Positions 1 to 9,794 of a DNA stretch of 64,000 bases are shown piece after piece. Source of the stretch: Nitrospirota bacterium (GTDB lineage: Bacteria > Nitrospirota > UBA9217); assembly GCA_963754875.1 (NCBI GenBank), contig CAVWHO010000019.1, positions 83,328-147,327 on the forward strand, written 5' to 3'. The notes under the pieces are model-generated. The model saw only the letters and a program-made list of their open reading frames with translations. It had not been told where the DNA came from and did not search any database. The translations under genes were made by a program, and so were the position numbers. Each line of letters begins with the position of its first letter. The stretch's first letter is position 1.

Positions 1-138
1 GCAGGAGGGGCTCCACTAAGCTTGCTCATAGTGCTCTTATTGAATTGCTGGCTGATCTCAATACCCGGGACCGGGTATTCTTAGGGTATGAGCAGAAGAT
101 GTTAAAAAGCCGGGGAGCAAGTCAGGATCGTGTAGAAA

Positions 139-813
139 CTATCCTACCCATAACCCGTACAACACTATCAGCGCGAGTCCCGGCAGCATGTCTATGGTTT
201 TGATGGTTTTTATTTTTAACAGGTTGAAACCGATCGCGAGCACGATAATGCCACCCACACCGTCGATGTTGTTCATCATCCGCTCCGTTGCGAGGAAGGT
301 AAGCGCTCCGGAGAAAGTCGTCAGAATGCCCTGAACGACAAGAACTGTGATCGCCGAGATGGCGACCGAGGGCCCGTAACGCGAAGCGAGAACAAAAGAG
401 GCAAACCCGTCCATCACGGACTTTGTCTTGATAAGCATACCGTCGTTGTAGAGCCCGTCCTTGAGCGAACCGATGATGGTCATGGACCCGACGCAGAAAA
501 GCGTGCTCGCGACGAGAAACCCCTCTATGTCGTATTTGCCTGACAGATAAGAGTCGTTCAAACGGTTGAGAGTTCCGTGCAGCCGATCTTCGAGTTTCAT
601 CATACTGCCTGCGAACGTCCCGAGTACGAGCGCAAATACCAGGGGAACGATGTCGCTTCCGTGCAGGCTCATCTTGATCCCCACGAATGCGGTCACCAGC
701 CCGAGCACGATAAAAACTTTTTCTTTTACATCGTCGTGGATCTTTTTTCCCGCAAGAAGGCCGAGCACGCTTCCCGTGGCGACCAAAATGCCATTGAAGA
801 GATACCCTTTCAT
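139..813 (-). CDS. DUF554 family membrane protein (YdfK/YqgA-like)
   Basis: Hydrophobic 224 aa ORF with family-like motifs FCVGSMTIIGSLKDGL and KSVMDG. Confidence 0.85.
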   Translation of the reverse strand: MKGYLFNGILVATGSVLGLLAGKKIHDDVKEKVFIVLGLVTAFVGIKMSLHGSDIVPLVFALVLGTFAGSMMKLEDRLHGTLNRLNDSYLSGKYDIEGFLVASTLFCVGSMTIIGSLKDGLYNDGMLIKTKSVMDGFASFVLASRYGPSVAISAITVLVVQGILTTFSGALTFLATERMMNNIDGVGGIIVLAIGFNLLKIKTIKTIDMLPGLALIVLYGLWVG

Positions 814-1017
814 GGGGGCCTATTATAATCACATCCGTTATTTATTGAAACAGAAATATAGGGATCATGGGTGACGGATTTTGGATTACGCAATTTTTTG
901 TTACTAATCGCACGCATGGGATTACTTAAAATTTTAATTGAGTAATTTTTAAAGTTGTGATATGGTATGCAATCACATAGCTGTTATAATGCAATTCTCA
1001 TTAAGGAGGGGAAAAGG

Positions 1018-1314
1018 ATGAAGAAGATCGGAGTAGTGTTCGCAGTTGTGATTTTTGTTGTATCGTTGGTTTCTCTGGCGTTTGCAGCTGGCATGCAGAA
1101 GGGTACTATCAAGAGCGTAGATGCAAAGACCGGCACGGTAGTGTTCTGTGAAGAAGGCACCAACAAGGATGTGACCCTGAAAGCAGACAAGTCCGTTGAT
1201 CTCGGCAAAATAAATGCCGGAGAAAAGGTAGAGGTCTCCATCGAGAAAGACATGCTGAAGCACGTGATGGCCGCTCCGGCCGCAGCGAAGCCGAAGGCAC
1301 CGGTGGGTTGCTAG
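1018..1314 (+). CDS. Small secreted protein with an Ala/Pro/Lys linker and terminal Gly-Cys (ExtJ-like)
   Basis: SD AAGGAGG upstream; signal peptide ending AFA; ends AAPAAAKPKAPVGC-stop; own terminator. Confidence 0.75.
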   Translation: MKKIGVVFAVVIFVVSLVSLAFAAGMQKGTIKSVDAKTGTVVFCEEGTNKDVTLKADKSVDLGKINAGEKVEVSIEKDMLKHVMAAPAAAKPKAPVGC

Positions 1315-1335
1315 GCTAATAACGCATTCATCAGT

Positions 1336-1372
1336 AAGGGAGTCCCCGTAAGGGCGACTCCCTTTTTCTTTT
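1336..1372 (+). terminator. Intrinsic terminator
   Basis: AAGGGAGTC-CCC-GTAA-GGG-C-GACTCCCTT hairpin followed by a T-tract. Confidence 0.85.
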
Positions 1373-1987
1373 GTGCGCCCGCGCCATATTTCTTAACGAA
1401 CATTCTTGTAAATCGAACAGTGTATGAGACTTTGGTCGCCGCACCCTCGATATCTTGGTCCTCAGGGATTGTTTGCCCTCTGGCGGGAAGGACTGCTTGC
1501 ACAAAAGGTCCTGCAGGGGAAAACAGCAGGATATCGGAATCATCCGCAGCTTGAACGTTTCCATCCCCAGCCCCGGTCACGGCTATTGCAACCTATCTGC
1601 ATGCTGTCCATGGAGAATCGTTTCGAGGCGGCTACTCTTTCAACTCGGATAAAATAGCTGCCCTTGATGTTGTCGAACAATTCCCTGTACCCGTGGACAA
1701 CTGCTGTTTGAGGTTACGCATTTGAAAAAGAAACTCAGAGGCCGGAATACCGAGCGATTCCGCAATTTGCTGCACGACCAGGAGATTGGCTTGCAACCCC
1801 TTTTTTCCCTGAGAAACGGAGAAGTCGAACTGTGGGAGCAACGGCCCGGGAGCACGACCCTTCAACAAGGCGTACAGAGAGGGGCGTCCCACAAAATACC
1901 TTGATTTATAGGGGAGTTTGTTTTATTATTGTCATCCAATTGCGGACAGATGAGAACCGTAAAAACAGAAACAACGAGGAGGAAGCA

Positions 1988-2218
1988 GTGATCAAAGTGA
2001 ACCAGGAAGAGCTCAAACAAAAGATCGAGAAACTGAAAAAGGCGGCAACGGAAAGGGCGACGAAGGCGGAAGGCAAAAAGGGGGCCGACACGGGGGTCCG
2101 CAAGGCACGCAAACAGGTCAAGCGGGCACAGAGAAAACTTCGTGCTGCCAAGGCGTACAAGTCTGCGGGTAAGAAAGCCGGCGAAGCGAAGCCGGCCGAG
2201 GAAAAGGCGTCCGCGTAG
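1988..2218 (+). CDS. Small Lys/Ala-rich basic protein
   Basis: SD GAGGAGG then GTG at 1988 in the 1832-2218 frame; strongly basic helical sequence. Confidence 0.7.
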   Translation: MIKVNQEELKQKIEKLKKAATERATKAEGKKGADTGVRKARKQVKRAQRKLRAAKAYKSAGKKAGEAKPAEEKASA

Positions 2219-2233
2219 CCGGAAGGCAACAGC

Positions 2234-2962
2234 GTGTCGCGCGTCCCTTCTCATAGGATGATGCCGTTGCGCAGGGCATGCGTGCTCTTCGCGGTCGTGG
2301 TGTCGGCAGCAGCATGCGCGGGTACGGTCGGCCCGTCGGCGCGGAGGGCTGCTCCGGCGCCGTCCCAGCCCATTGCATCGTCGGTCACTTCATCGGTAAC
2401 AGCACCTGCCCGGGGGCCTGCCCCCGTCTCCCGGGAAACAGGGACCGCAGCCTGGTACGGCAAGGAGTATCAGGGGAAGAAGACGGCGAGCGGAGAGGTC
2501 TTTGACATGAACAGCCTCACTGCCGCCCACCGGACCTTGCCGCTCGGCACGGTCATTCGAGTTACTAATCTTGAAAATGAAAAAAGCGTTACCGTTGCCA
2601 TAAACGACCGCGGCCCATTCACCAATAATTGCATTCTGGATCTTTCCTACGCGGCAGCCAGGAAGCTGGGTATCGTTGCTCAAGGCACGGGGCGCGTGCA
2701 GATCGATATACTGGAAGCAGGGCGTGAGCCGGCGCAGTATACGGTGAATGCCGCGACCTTTACCGAGGAAGAGAATGCACGACTTCTGAAATTCCGTCTA
2801 TCAAAAAAGTTCGAAGTGGTTACCATCGTACCGTTCGAGACGAATGTTGCCAGGTTCTATCGAGTACGCGTCGGGTCCTATTCATCAGAAGAGCTTGCGG
2901 AACATGTGGCAGCGAAGTTGGCGCGCGAGGGGCTTGAAGCGGTCGTCTTGCGAAAAGACTGA
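2234..2962 (+). CDS. rlpA: Septal ring lytic transglycosylase RlpA (DPBB + SPOR) lipoprotein
   Basis: Lipobox SAAAC; motifs AAWYG, TASGE, TAAHRTLP, INDRGPF; C-terminal SPOR-like YRVRVGSY. Confidence 0.92.
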   Translation: MSRVPSHRMMPLRRACVLFAVVVSAAACAGTVGPSARRAAPAPSQPIASSVTSSVTAPARGPAPVSRETGTAAWYGKEYQGKKTASGEVFDMNSLTAAHRTLPLGTVIRVTNLENEKSVTVAINDRGPFTNNCILDLSYAAARKLGIVAQGTGRVQIDILEAGREPAQYTVNAATFTEEENARLLKFRLSKKFEVVTIVPFETNVARFYRVRVGSYSSEELAEHVAAKLAREGLEAVVLRKD

Positions 2963-3166
2963 ACTCACTCAATGAAAATTAGTGACTCTGTAAACAATAC
3001 GGATTTAACCACGAGGCATACCCTGCTGTTGCCAGGACGCGGGCACAAGCAGAGAAAACCTGTTTATGTGTAATAAGCGTTTTTTCCCTGTCTCCGTGCC
3101 CTGCGGTAGATATTTTTTGCAGTTTTTACAAAATGAAGATGATAGTGGAGAATCCAGGCAGGTCCT

Positions 3167-4663
3167 ATGAAGATTAACGTCAGTGCAGGCACGCTCGAAA
3201 AACACAAAACAGACGGTGCAGCCATCCTTCTCTTCGCAGAGGAGAAATTCGGGGCTACGTTGGCGCGGATCGATAAAGCGCTCGGTGGGACTGTGGCGCA
3301 GCTCATAGAACGCGGTGATTTTAAGCCCAAGCCGGGAGCAGTCCATCTTCTTTACCCCGAAGGCCGGATCGCAGCAAAGCGGCTGGTCCTCGCCGGACTG
3401 GGCAAGCGGAGCGAGTTCACGCTCAACCGCCTGCGGCAGGCTGTCGGCAAGGCAGCTCCTTCGTTGCGGGCAGCCGGAGCACGGGATGTCACTCTCCTCG
3501 TTGAAGATTACGGCCTGGATCCTGAAGGAGTGTCCCAAGCCCTGGCCGAAGGGAGCATGCTCGGCCTCTACCGCTTTTTGAAATACAAAACCAACGACGA
3601 GAACGACCGGAAGAAAGATATCATGTCGATCATGCTTCTGACCGAGACCACTGCTTCGGTCAAAGCCCTTCAGGCAGGCGCCAAGGCCGGAGAGGTGATT
3701 GCCGACTCCGCCATCATGGTTCGCGACATGGTGAGTTCTCCGCCTGTTGATATGACGCCGACGATCGTAGCCGCTAAGGCGCGGGAGCTTGCGCGGCAGT
3801 TTGGTTTGACCGTACAGGTGCTCGAACGCGCCCAGATGCAGAAGCTCGGCATGGGCGCTCTTCTCGGGGTCGCTTCGGGGAGCGTGCAGCCGCCGAAGTT
3901 CGTCATTATCGAGTACCGGAAGGGCGGGAAAAAACCTGTTATCGCACTTGTGGGCAAGACCATCACTTTCGATTCCGGCGGCATATCGATCAAGCCTTCC
4001 GAGAACATGGACAAGATGAAGGACGACATGTCAGGCGGGGCAGCGGTGCTCGGAGCGCTCCGCACGGCTGCAGCACTCAAACTCCCGCTCAACATTGTCG
4101 GTCTGCTCCCGGCAACGGAGAACATGCCGAGCGGCAGCGCGTACAAGCCCGGCGATGTGCTCCGGACAATGTCCGGGAAGACCATCGAGATCATCAATAC
4201 TGATGCGGAAGGAAGACTTATCCTGTCCGATGCTCTCGCGTACGCATGCCGGTACAAACCGGCGGTGATCGTGGACATTGCAACGCTCACCGGGGCCTGC
4301 AGGGTCGCCCTCGGCCAGGAGGCCACGGGCATGGTCGGCACGGATGAGAAACTGAAGCAGAAGATCCGCGAGGCCGGCGAGAAGACGGGCGAGCGCGTCT
4401 GGGAAATGCCGCTCTGGGAAGGCTACTACGACCAGATCAAGAGCGACATTGCAGACATGAAGAACGCCGGCGGCAGGGACGGCGGCGTGATCACGGCTGC
4501 AGCGCTTCTTTCCAAGTTCGTGCAGAAGTATCCCTGGGTGCACCTTGATATCGCGGCAACTGCCTGGACCGAGAAGGACCGGCCATATACGCCGAAAGGC
4601 GCGACCGGCATCGGAATGCGGCTGTTAACGCAGTTTCTCAGGGACTACGACAAGAAAAATTAG
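3167..4663 (+). CDS. pepA: Leucyl aminopeptidase (M17)
   Basis: GKTITFDSGG, MKDDMSG, NTDAEGRL, DIATLTGA motifs. Confidence 0.97.
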   Translation: MKINVSAGTLEKHKTDGAAILLFAEEKFGATLARIDKALGGTVAQLIERGDFKPKPGAVHLLYPEGRIAAKRLVLAGLGKRSEFTLNRLRQAVGKAAPSLRAAGARDVTLLVEDYGLDPEGVSQALAEGSMLGLYRFLKYKTNDENDRKKDIMSIMLLTETTASVKALQAGAKAGEVIADSAIMVRDMVSSPPVDMTPTIVAAKARELARQFGLTVQVLERAQMQKLGMGALLGVASGSVQPPKFVIIEYRKGGKKPVIALVGKTITFDSGGISIKPSENMDKMKDDMSGGAAVLGALRTAAALKLPLNIVGLLPATENMPSGSAYKPGDVLRTMSGKTIEIINTDAEGRLILSDALAYACRYKPAVIVDIATLTGACRVALGQEATGMVGTDEKLKQKIREAGEKTGERVWEMPLWEGYYDQIKSDIADMKNAGGRDGGVITAAALLSKFVQKYPWVHLDIAATAWTEKDRPYTPKGATGIGMRLLTQFLRDYDKKN

Positions 4664-4796
4664 CCACAGGACACGGAGGAACTGAGAAAGACGAGAGCAT
4701 TAAGCATCAGGGACGAAAAAAACAGGAATATATTCTTCAATTGCTTTCAGTACACAATCGTTCATGATTCTCTCTGTGTCTCCGAGTCTCTGTGGC
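4663..4796. repeat. Imperfect inverted-repeat-bounded intergenic element (REP/MITE-like)
   Basis: GCCACAG-GACACGGAG at 4663 pairs with CTCCGAGTCTCTGTGGC at 4780-4796. Confidence 0.5.
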
Positions 4797-4806
4797 GGAA
4801 TTCCTT

Positions 4807-5706
4807 ATGGACCTCCATCAGATCGAAATATTCTGCACCCTCATCAAACTCTGCAGTTTCTCAAAAGCAGCTGAAGCACTCTACCTCACCCAGCCGACCG
4901 TGAGCGGCCATATTAAAAATCTTGAACAGGAACTGGGAGTAAAACTTCTCGACCGCCTCGGCAAACAGGTCATGCCCACAGAGGCCGGGGATATGCTTTT
5001 TCGGCACGGGCAGGAGCTTCTTACTCTGCGCGATCGGGCCCGAGAGGAAATCGCGGGCCTGTCAGGCCGGGTGAGCGGCCTCCTGAAGATCGGCGGGAGC
5101 ACAATACCCGGCGCCTACCTTCTTCCGTCGTTCATCGGAACATTCAAGAAACAACATCCCTCCGCTACCATTCAGCTCCTTATCGACGATACCGTGAAGA
5201 TAACACAAGCCGTGTTGAACGGTGATCTCCATCTTGGTGTCGTCGGCGCACCTATGATTGACCCCCAATTGGAGAGCCACCCGTACCTGCGGGATGAACT
5301 CGTTGTTGCGGTACCAGCGACGCACGCCTGGGCCAAAAAACGGACCATCACGCCCGAGGCCCTGTGCGGGGCGCCGTTCATTCTCCGTGAAACAGGTTCG
5401 GGTACGCGCCGCACCATGGAAGAGCGGCTCGGGGAAACGGGTATCTCAATCGCAGACCTGAACACGATTGCGGTGATGGGAAGCAGCGACGCTGTGCGCC
5501 AGTCAATAAAAGGCGGGCTCGGCATATCGATCCTCTCGATCCGTGCGATCAAGGATGATATCGTTGCAAAAAGGCTTGCTGCAGTGCGGCTCAAGGGGAT
5601 GCCGATCGAACGGAATTTTTCCATTATCTTGCGCAAGGGCAAGAGCCGTTCGACTTTGTGCCAGACCTTCCTCAATTTTCTTCTTAAAGTGAAGTCGAGC
5701 GCCTGA
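4807..5706 (+). CDS. LysR-family regulator (CysL/CmpR-like)
   Basis: HTH SFSKAAEALYLTQPTVSGHIKNLE; GGSTIPG and RETGSGTR motifs. Confidence 0.93.
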   Translation: MDLHQIEIFCTLIKLCSFSKAAEALYLTQPTVSGHIKNLEQELGVKLLDRLGKQVMPTEAGDMLFRHGQELLTLRDRAREEIAGLSGRVSGLLKIGGSTIPGAYLLPSFIGTFKKQHPSATIQLLIDDTVKITQAVLNGDLHLGVVGAPMIDPQLESHPYLRDELVVAVPATHAWAKKRTITPEALCGAPFILRETGSGTRRTMEERLGETGISIADLNTIAVMGSSDAVRQSIKGGLGISILSIRAIKDDIVAKRLAAVRLKGMPIERNFSIILRKGKSRSTLCQTFLNFLLKVKSSA

Positions 5707-5785
5707 TGCCGTCGACTTCCCACGCCGCAACTACACAAGCCTCTCAAAATTTGCAAGTAACTTCTCCTGTTTTCAAACCCCTTCA

Positions 5786-5815
5786 TTGACACGTCTGTTC
5801 CATATGGAGTAATAT
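5786..5815 (+). promoter_or_regulatory. sigma70-type promoter of uvrB (probably leaderless)
   Basis: TTGACA-N18-TAATAT ending 6 nt before the ATG; no SD. Confidence 0.6.
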
Positions 5816-5821
5816 TTATTC

Positions 5822-7828
5822 ATGACGAGATTTAAAATCGTATCAGACTTTAAACCTACAGGCGACCAGCCGCAGGCGATCGATAAACTGACCGAAGGCG
5901 TCGTCAAGGGCCTTCCGCACCAGGTGCTTCTGGGTGTGACCGGGTCAGGCAAGACGTTCACCATAGCAAACGTGGTGGAGCGGGTCCAGAGGCCCACGCT
6001 CGTTATTGCCCATAACAAGACCCTGGCTGCGCAGTTGTATAACGAGTTCAAAGAGCTCTTTCCCGAGAATGCGGTGGAGTACTTCGTCTCCTATTACGAT
6101 TACTACCAACCCGAAGCGTACCTGCCCACGACCGACACCTATATAGAGAAAGATTCTTCCATCAATGAGCAGATCGACCGCATGCGGCACTCGGCAACGA
6201 ATTCACTCTTCGAACGGAGCGACGTGATCGTGGTGTCTTCGGTCTCGTGCATCTACGGCCTGGGCTCGCCGGAAGCATACCACGGCATGTTGCTCTTTCT
6301 GGAAAAAGGCCAGCAGCTCGAACGGAACGAGATCCTCCGGAAACTCGTGGACATCCAGTACACGCGGAACGACTTCGATTTCCAGCGCGGCACGTTCCGG
6401 GTGCGCGGGGACGTGGTGGAAATCTTTCCCGCGTCCTTTGAGAATACGGCAATCCGCGTCGAGCTGTTCGGCGACGAGATCGACGCGATCTCGGAGTTCG
6501 ACCCGCTCCTGGGCACGCCGCTCAAAAAGCTCGAAAAAGTCGCCATTTATCCGGGCAGCCATTATGTGATCCCGGAATCGCGCATGAAAGCGGCCATTGA
6601 CGGCATTCACGAGGAGCTCCGAGAGCGAATCCAGCATTTCCGCAAGATGAACAAGCTGATCGAGGCCCAGCGCATCGAGCAGCGGACCATGTTCGACCTC
6701 GAAATGATCCAGGAAATGGGCTACTGCCACGGGATCGAAAACTACTCGCGACACCTTTCAGGACGGGCGCCGGGGGAAGCTCCGCCGACATTGCTCGATT
6801 ACTTCCCCAAGGATTTCCTGCTCGTTGTTGACGAGTCCCATGCCACGGTCCCGCAGATCGGCGGCATGTACAACGGCGATCGGGCGCGCAAACAGACGCT
6901 GGTGGAGTTCGGCTTCCGTTTGCCTTCGGCCCTCGACAACCGTCCGCTCAACTTTGAAGAGTTCGAGGCACGCGTGCACCAGACCGTGTATGTTTCCGCT
7001 ACACCGTCGGATTTCGAGACGAATAAATCCGGCAACCGGATCATTGAGCAGGTCATTCGTCCGACAGGGCTCACCGACCCGCAGATCGCGATCAGGCCCG
7101 TCAAGGGACAGGTGGACGATCTTTTGAACGAGATCAGGAAGCGGGCCGAAATAAAAGAGCGGGTGCTCGTGACCACGCTCACAAAGAGAATGGCGGAGGA
7201 TCTGACCGAGCATTACAAGGAACTGAATGTGAAGGTCGCCTATCTGCACTCCGATATCGATACGCTCGAACGGGTGGATATCATCCGCGATCTGCGCCTG
7301 GGCAAATACGACGTGCTCGTCGGCATCAACCTGCTCCGTGAAGGGCTTGACATCCCCGAGGTATCACTGGTGGCGATCCTGGACGCGGACAAGGAAGGGT
7401 TCCTGCGCTCCACGCGGTCGCTCATCCAGACCATGGGCCGCGCTGCCCGGCATGTGAACGGCGAGGTCATTCTCTACGCAGAGCGGATCACCGATTCGAT
7501 GAGGAATGCGATCAGCGAAACGAACCGACGGCGAACGGTCCAGGAAGAGTACAACAAGAAGCACAACATTACGCCGATATCCATCAAGAAGAACATCCAG
7601 GCCACGCTCCGGACCGTGTACGAGCAGGATTACTTTACCGTGCCGATCGCTGCAGAAGATGCCGGAGAATACGTGCCCACGGTGAACATCCCCGCGCTCA
7701 TTGCATCGCTCGATAAACAGATGCGTGCAGCAGCCAAGGAACTGGATTTCGAAACAGCAGCAGAGCTTCGGGACAAGATCAGGTCACTCAGGCAGCAGGA
7801 AATGGCGGTAGGGGTGAAAGTGGAGTAA
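5822..7828 (+). CDS. uvrB: Excinuclease ABC subunit B
   Basis: [23 protein letters not shown]-terminal UVR domain. Confidence 0.98.
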   Translation: MTRFKIVSDFKPTGDQPQAIDKLTEGVVKGLPHQVLLGVTGSGKTFTIANVVERVQRPTLVIAHNKTLAAQLYNEFKELFPENAVEYFVSYYDYYQPEAYLPTTDTYIEKDSSINEQIDRMRHSATNSLFERSDVIVVSSVSCIYGLGSPEAYHGMLLFLEKGQQLERNEILRKLVDIQYTRNDFDFQRGTFRVRGDVVEIFPASFENTAIRVELFGDEIDAISEFDPLLGTPLKKLEKVAIYPGSHYVIPESRMKAAIDGIHEELRERIQHFRKMNKLIEAQRIEQRTMFDLEMIQEMGYCHGIENYSRHLSGRAPGEAPPTLLDYFPKDFLLVVDESHATVPQIGGMYNGDRARKQTLVEFGFRLPSALDNRPLNFEEFEARVHQTVYVSATPSDFETNKSGNRIIEQVIRPTGLTDPQIAIRPVKGQVDDLLNEIRKRAEIKERVLVTTLTKRMAEDLTEHYKELNVKVAYLHSDIDTLERVDIIRDLRLGKYDVLVGINLLREGLDIPEVSLVAILDADKEGFLRSTRSLIQTMGRAARHVNGEVILYAERITDSMRNAISETNRRRTVQEEYNKKHNITPISIKKNIQATLRTVYEQDYFTVPIAAEDAGEYVPTVNIPALIASLDKQMRAAAKELDFETAAELRDKIRSLRQQEMAVGVKVE

Positions 7829-7897
7829 AAGGCAGGGGACAGGGGACAGGGTAACAAGGGCATGGCTGTTGCGGATGAAATCTAAGGTCCTTTCACC

Positions 7898-8455
7898 TTA
7901 ATATCTTTGCGGCAATTCGTTTTTTCCTTTTGAAAGATCCAGATGCACGGTAACGTTGTCATCAGACAGCCAGACCTGTCCGTCTTGAATCGAACAGTGA
8001 AGCTGCATGGTGCGCTGTGCAAGTTTTGTCAACTCCTGGCCGGCCCCAACAGGCAGGTTGATGACAACCAGGTTTTTTAAACTTTCGAGGCCGCCCTTTA
8101 CCTGCTTCCACCAGACATCTGCGCTATGGCCGCTGAAGCTGTAGACGACCACCTGCTTCGCTCGTCCGCAGGCCTTGCGGAGGCGTTTTTCGTCAGGCTG
8201 GCCCACATCGATCCAGAGCTCGATCGCCCCGGTCAAATCCTTTTGCCACAACGCAGGCTCGTCATCAGTACTCATCCCTTCCGCAAACGCTAAAGCTTCA
8301 TGGGCGTGAAGAACAAAGGCAAGCAGCCGCACCATCATGCGTTCGTCGTTTTCCGATGGGTGGCGGGCGATGGTGAGGAAATGGTCCTGGTAGTAATTGC
8401 GGTCCATGTCGCTTATATGGAGTGCAGCTTTAAAGATCGTTGCTTTCAAAGCCAT
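7898..8455 (-). CDS. yaeQ: YaeQ family protein
   Basis: MALKATIFKA, ARHPSENDERMMVRLLAF, WIDVGQPDEKRL. Confidence 0.93.
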   Translation of the reverse strand: MALKATIFKAALHISDMDRNYYQDHFLTIARHPSENDERMMVRLLAFVLHAHEALAFAEGMSTDDEPALWQKDLTGAIELWIDVGQPDEKRLRKACGRAKQVVVYSFSGHSADVWWKQVKGGLESLKNLVVINLPVGAGQELTKLAQRTMQLHCSIQDGQVWLSDDNVTVHLDLSKGKNELPQRY

Positions 8456-8497
8456 ATCAAAGATTCCGTTTCCGGACGAAGGGAAATCTTCCCATCC

Positions 8498-8692
8498 TTA
8501 CGAGAGAACAGCTTTCACCCGTCCCACAGCTCCGCTCTCAAGCCTTACCTTGATCCCGTGCGGGTGCGTGGGAGATTTTGTCAGTATCTCAGCCACAATC
8601 CCTTCGGTCAAGTTACCGCTCCGCTGGTCGCTCTTCAATACGATCGAAACACGCAAGCCCCGTGTAATGTCAGCACGTCTCGTCCCATCCAT
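8498..8692 (-). CDS. YwbE/DUF2196 family protein
   Basis: LKSDQRSG, ILTKSPTHPHGIKVRLESGAVGRV. Confidence 0.88.
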   Translation of the reverse strand: MDGTRRADITRGLRVSIVLKSDQRSGNLTEGIVAEILTKSPTHPHGIKVRLESGAVGRVKAVLS

Positions 8693-8868
8693 AATACATT
8701 TCTCAAAGTAACGTATCGTTACGGCTCGATTGAGTAGTGCAGCCTACCTTATGTGAACATGAAATGCAAGAATTTTGAAAGGCAAGGGCCAGTCCGCAAA
8801 TATAGCTAGCCCCTTGCCCCTTAGGGGAACCTAATGTACGCTAAACATCGACCGCTTGTTGCAACCAG

Positions 8869-9583
8869 CTACTTTTTTACATCCACCATTAAAAGCTCGG
8901 CATCGTTTTCAGCAACTACGTCAATCTCTGCTTCCTCGGTGATCATTGCCGCGCCCAGGGTCGGCACTTTCGTGCTATTCACGGTTATCGGTCCTCCCTC
9001 CAGCACGTAAAGATAAATACCCCGTCCGTCCTCAAGCTCATAATGCTCGGTCTTCCCGGCATGAAGAAAACTGGAAAGCACCCTGGCATCGGAAACGATC
9101 GGCAGGGTGCCCTTATCCCTGTTCGATACCAGCGGCAGAAACCTGTCAGTCCTGCTCTCCTTCTCGATTGCCTTCTGTTCTACGGCGGGTTCGAGGCCTT
9201 GCTTGGACGGGTAGAACCACATCTGGATGAAGCGCATCGGCTCGTCCGGACAGATTGTTGATCTCCGAGTGCCACATGCCGCGGCCGACCGTCGTATGCT
9301 GCACCCATCCTTTCTTGAGAACGCCGCCTTTGCCGCGCTCGTCCGCGTGCCTGAATTCCCCGGCAGCAACGTAGGTGACGACCTCGTTGTCCTGATGGGG
9401 ATGGAGCGGCCAGACTGCGCCGGGTGTCAGCGTGTCATCATTAAAGACGCGAAGCTCTCCAAAATCTTTAAATCGGGGATCAAAGTAATCGCCGAAGGAG
9501 AAATGCCATCTTCCGTGGAAGTCTCCGTTCTCGATCTCGCCATCGATCTGATATATGTTTTTGGGATCACGAACCTGTATCAT
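8869..9583 (-). CDS. Pirin family protein, split by one +1 indel near 9250
   Basis: HFSFGDY, LRVFNDD, HPH and HSEIN in one frame; PMRFIQMWF onward in another. Confidence 0.85.
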
Positions 9584-9794
9584 GGTTTGCCTCCTTTTCC
9601 TTAAAAGAGGAGCTATATCCTCTCGTTGCATTATACATCAGAGGCATACCGTTTTTGCTATGAAAAAAGTGTCTGGTTTTTATAGGATTCATCGGCACGC
9701 GCGCTGCCTACCTTTTTAACGGATTTTTTAGACTTTCCCGAGAACTCAATTCCGCGTTCCGCAATGCGTCCATCCGTGGTACAATAATCATGCA

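Noticed and set aside
1..138. Open plus-strand frame at the window start
   Set aside because: Could be the tail of an upstream gene, but too short to assign
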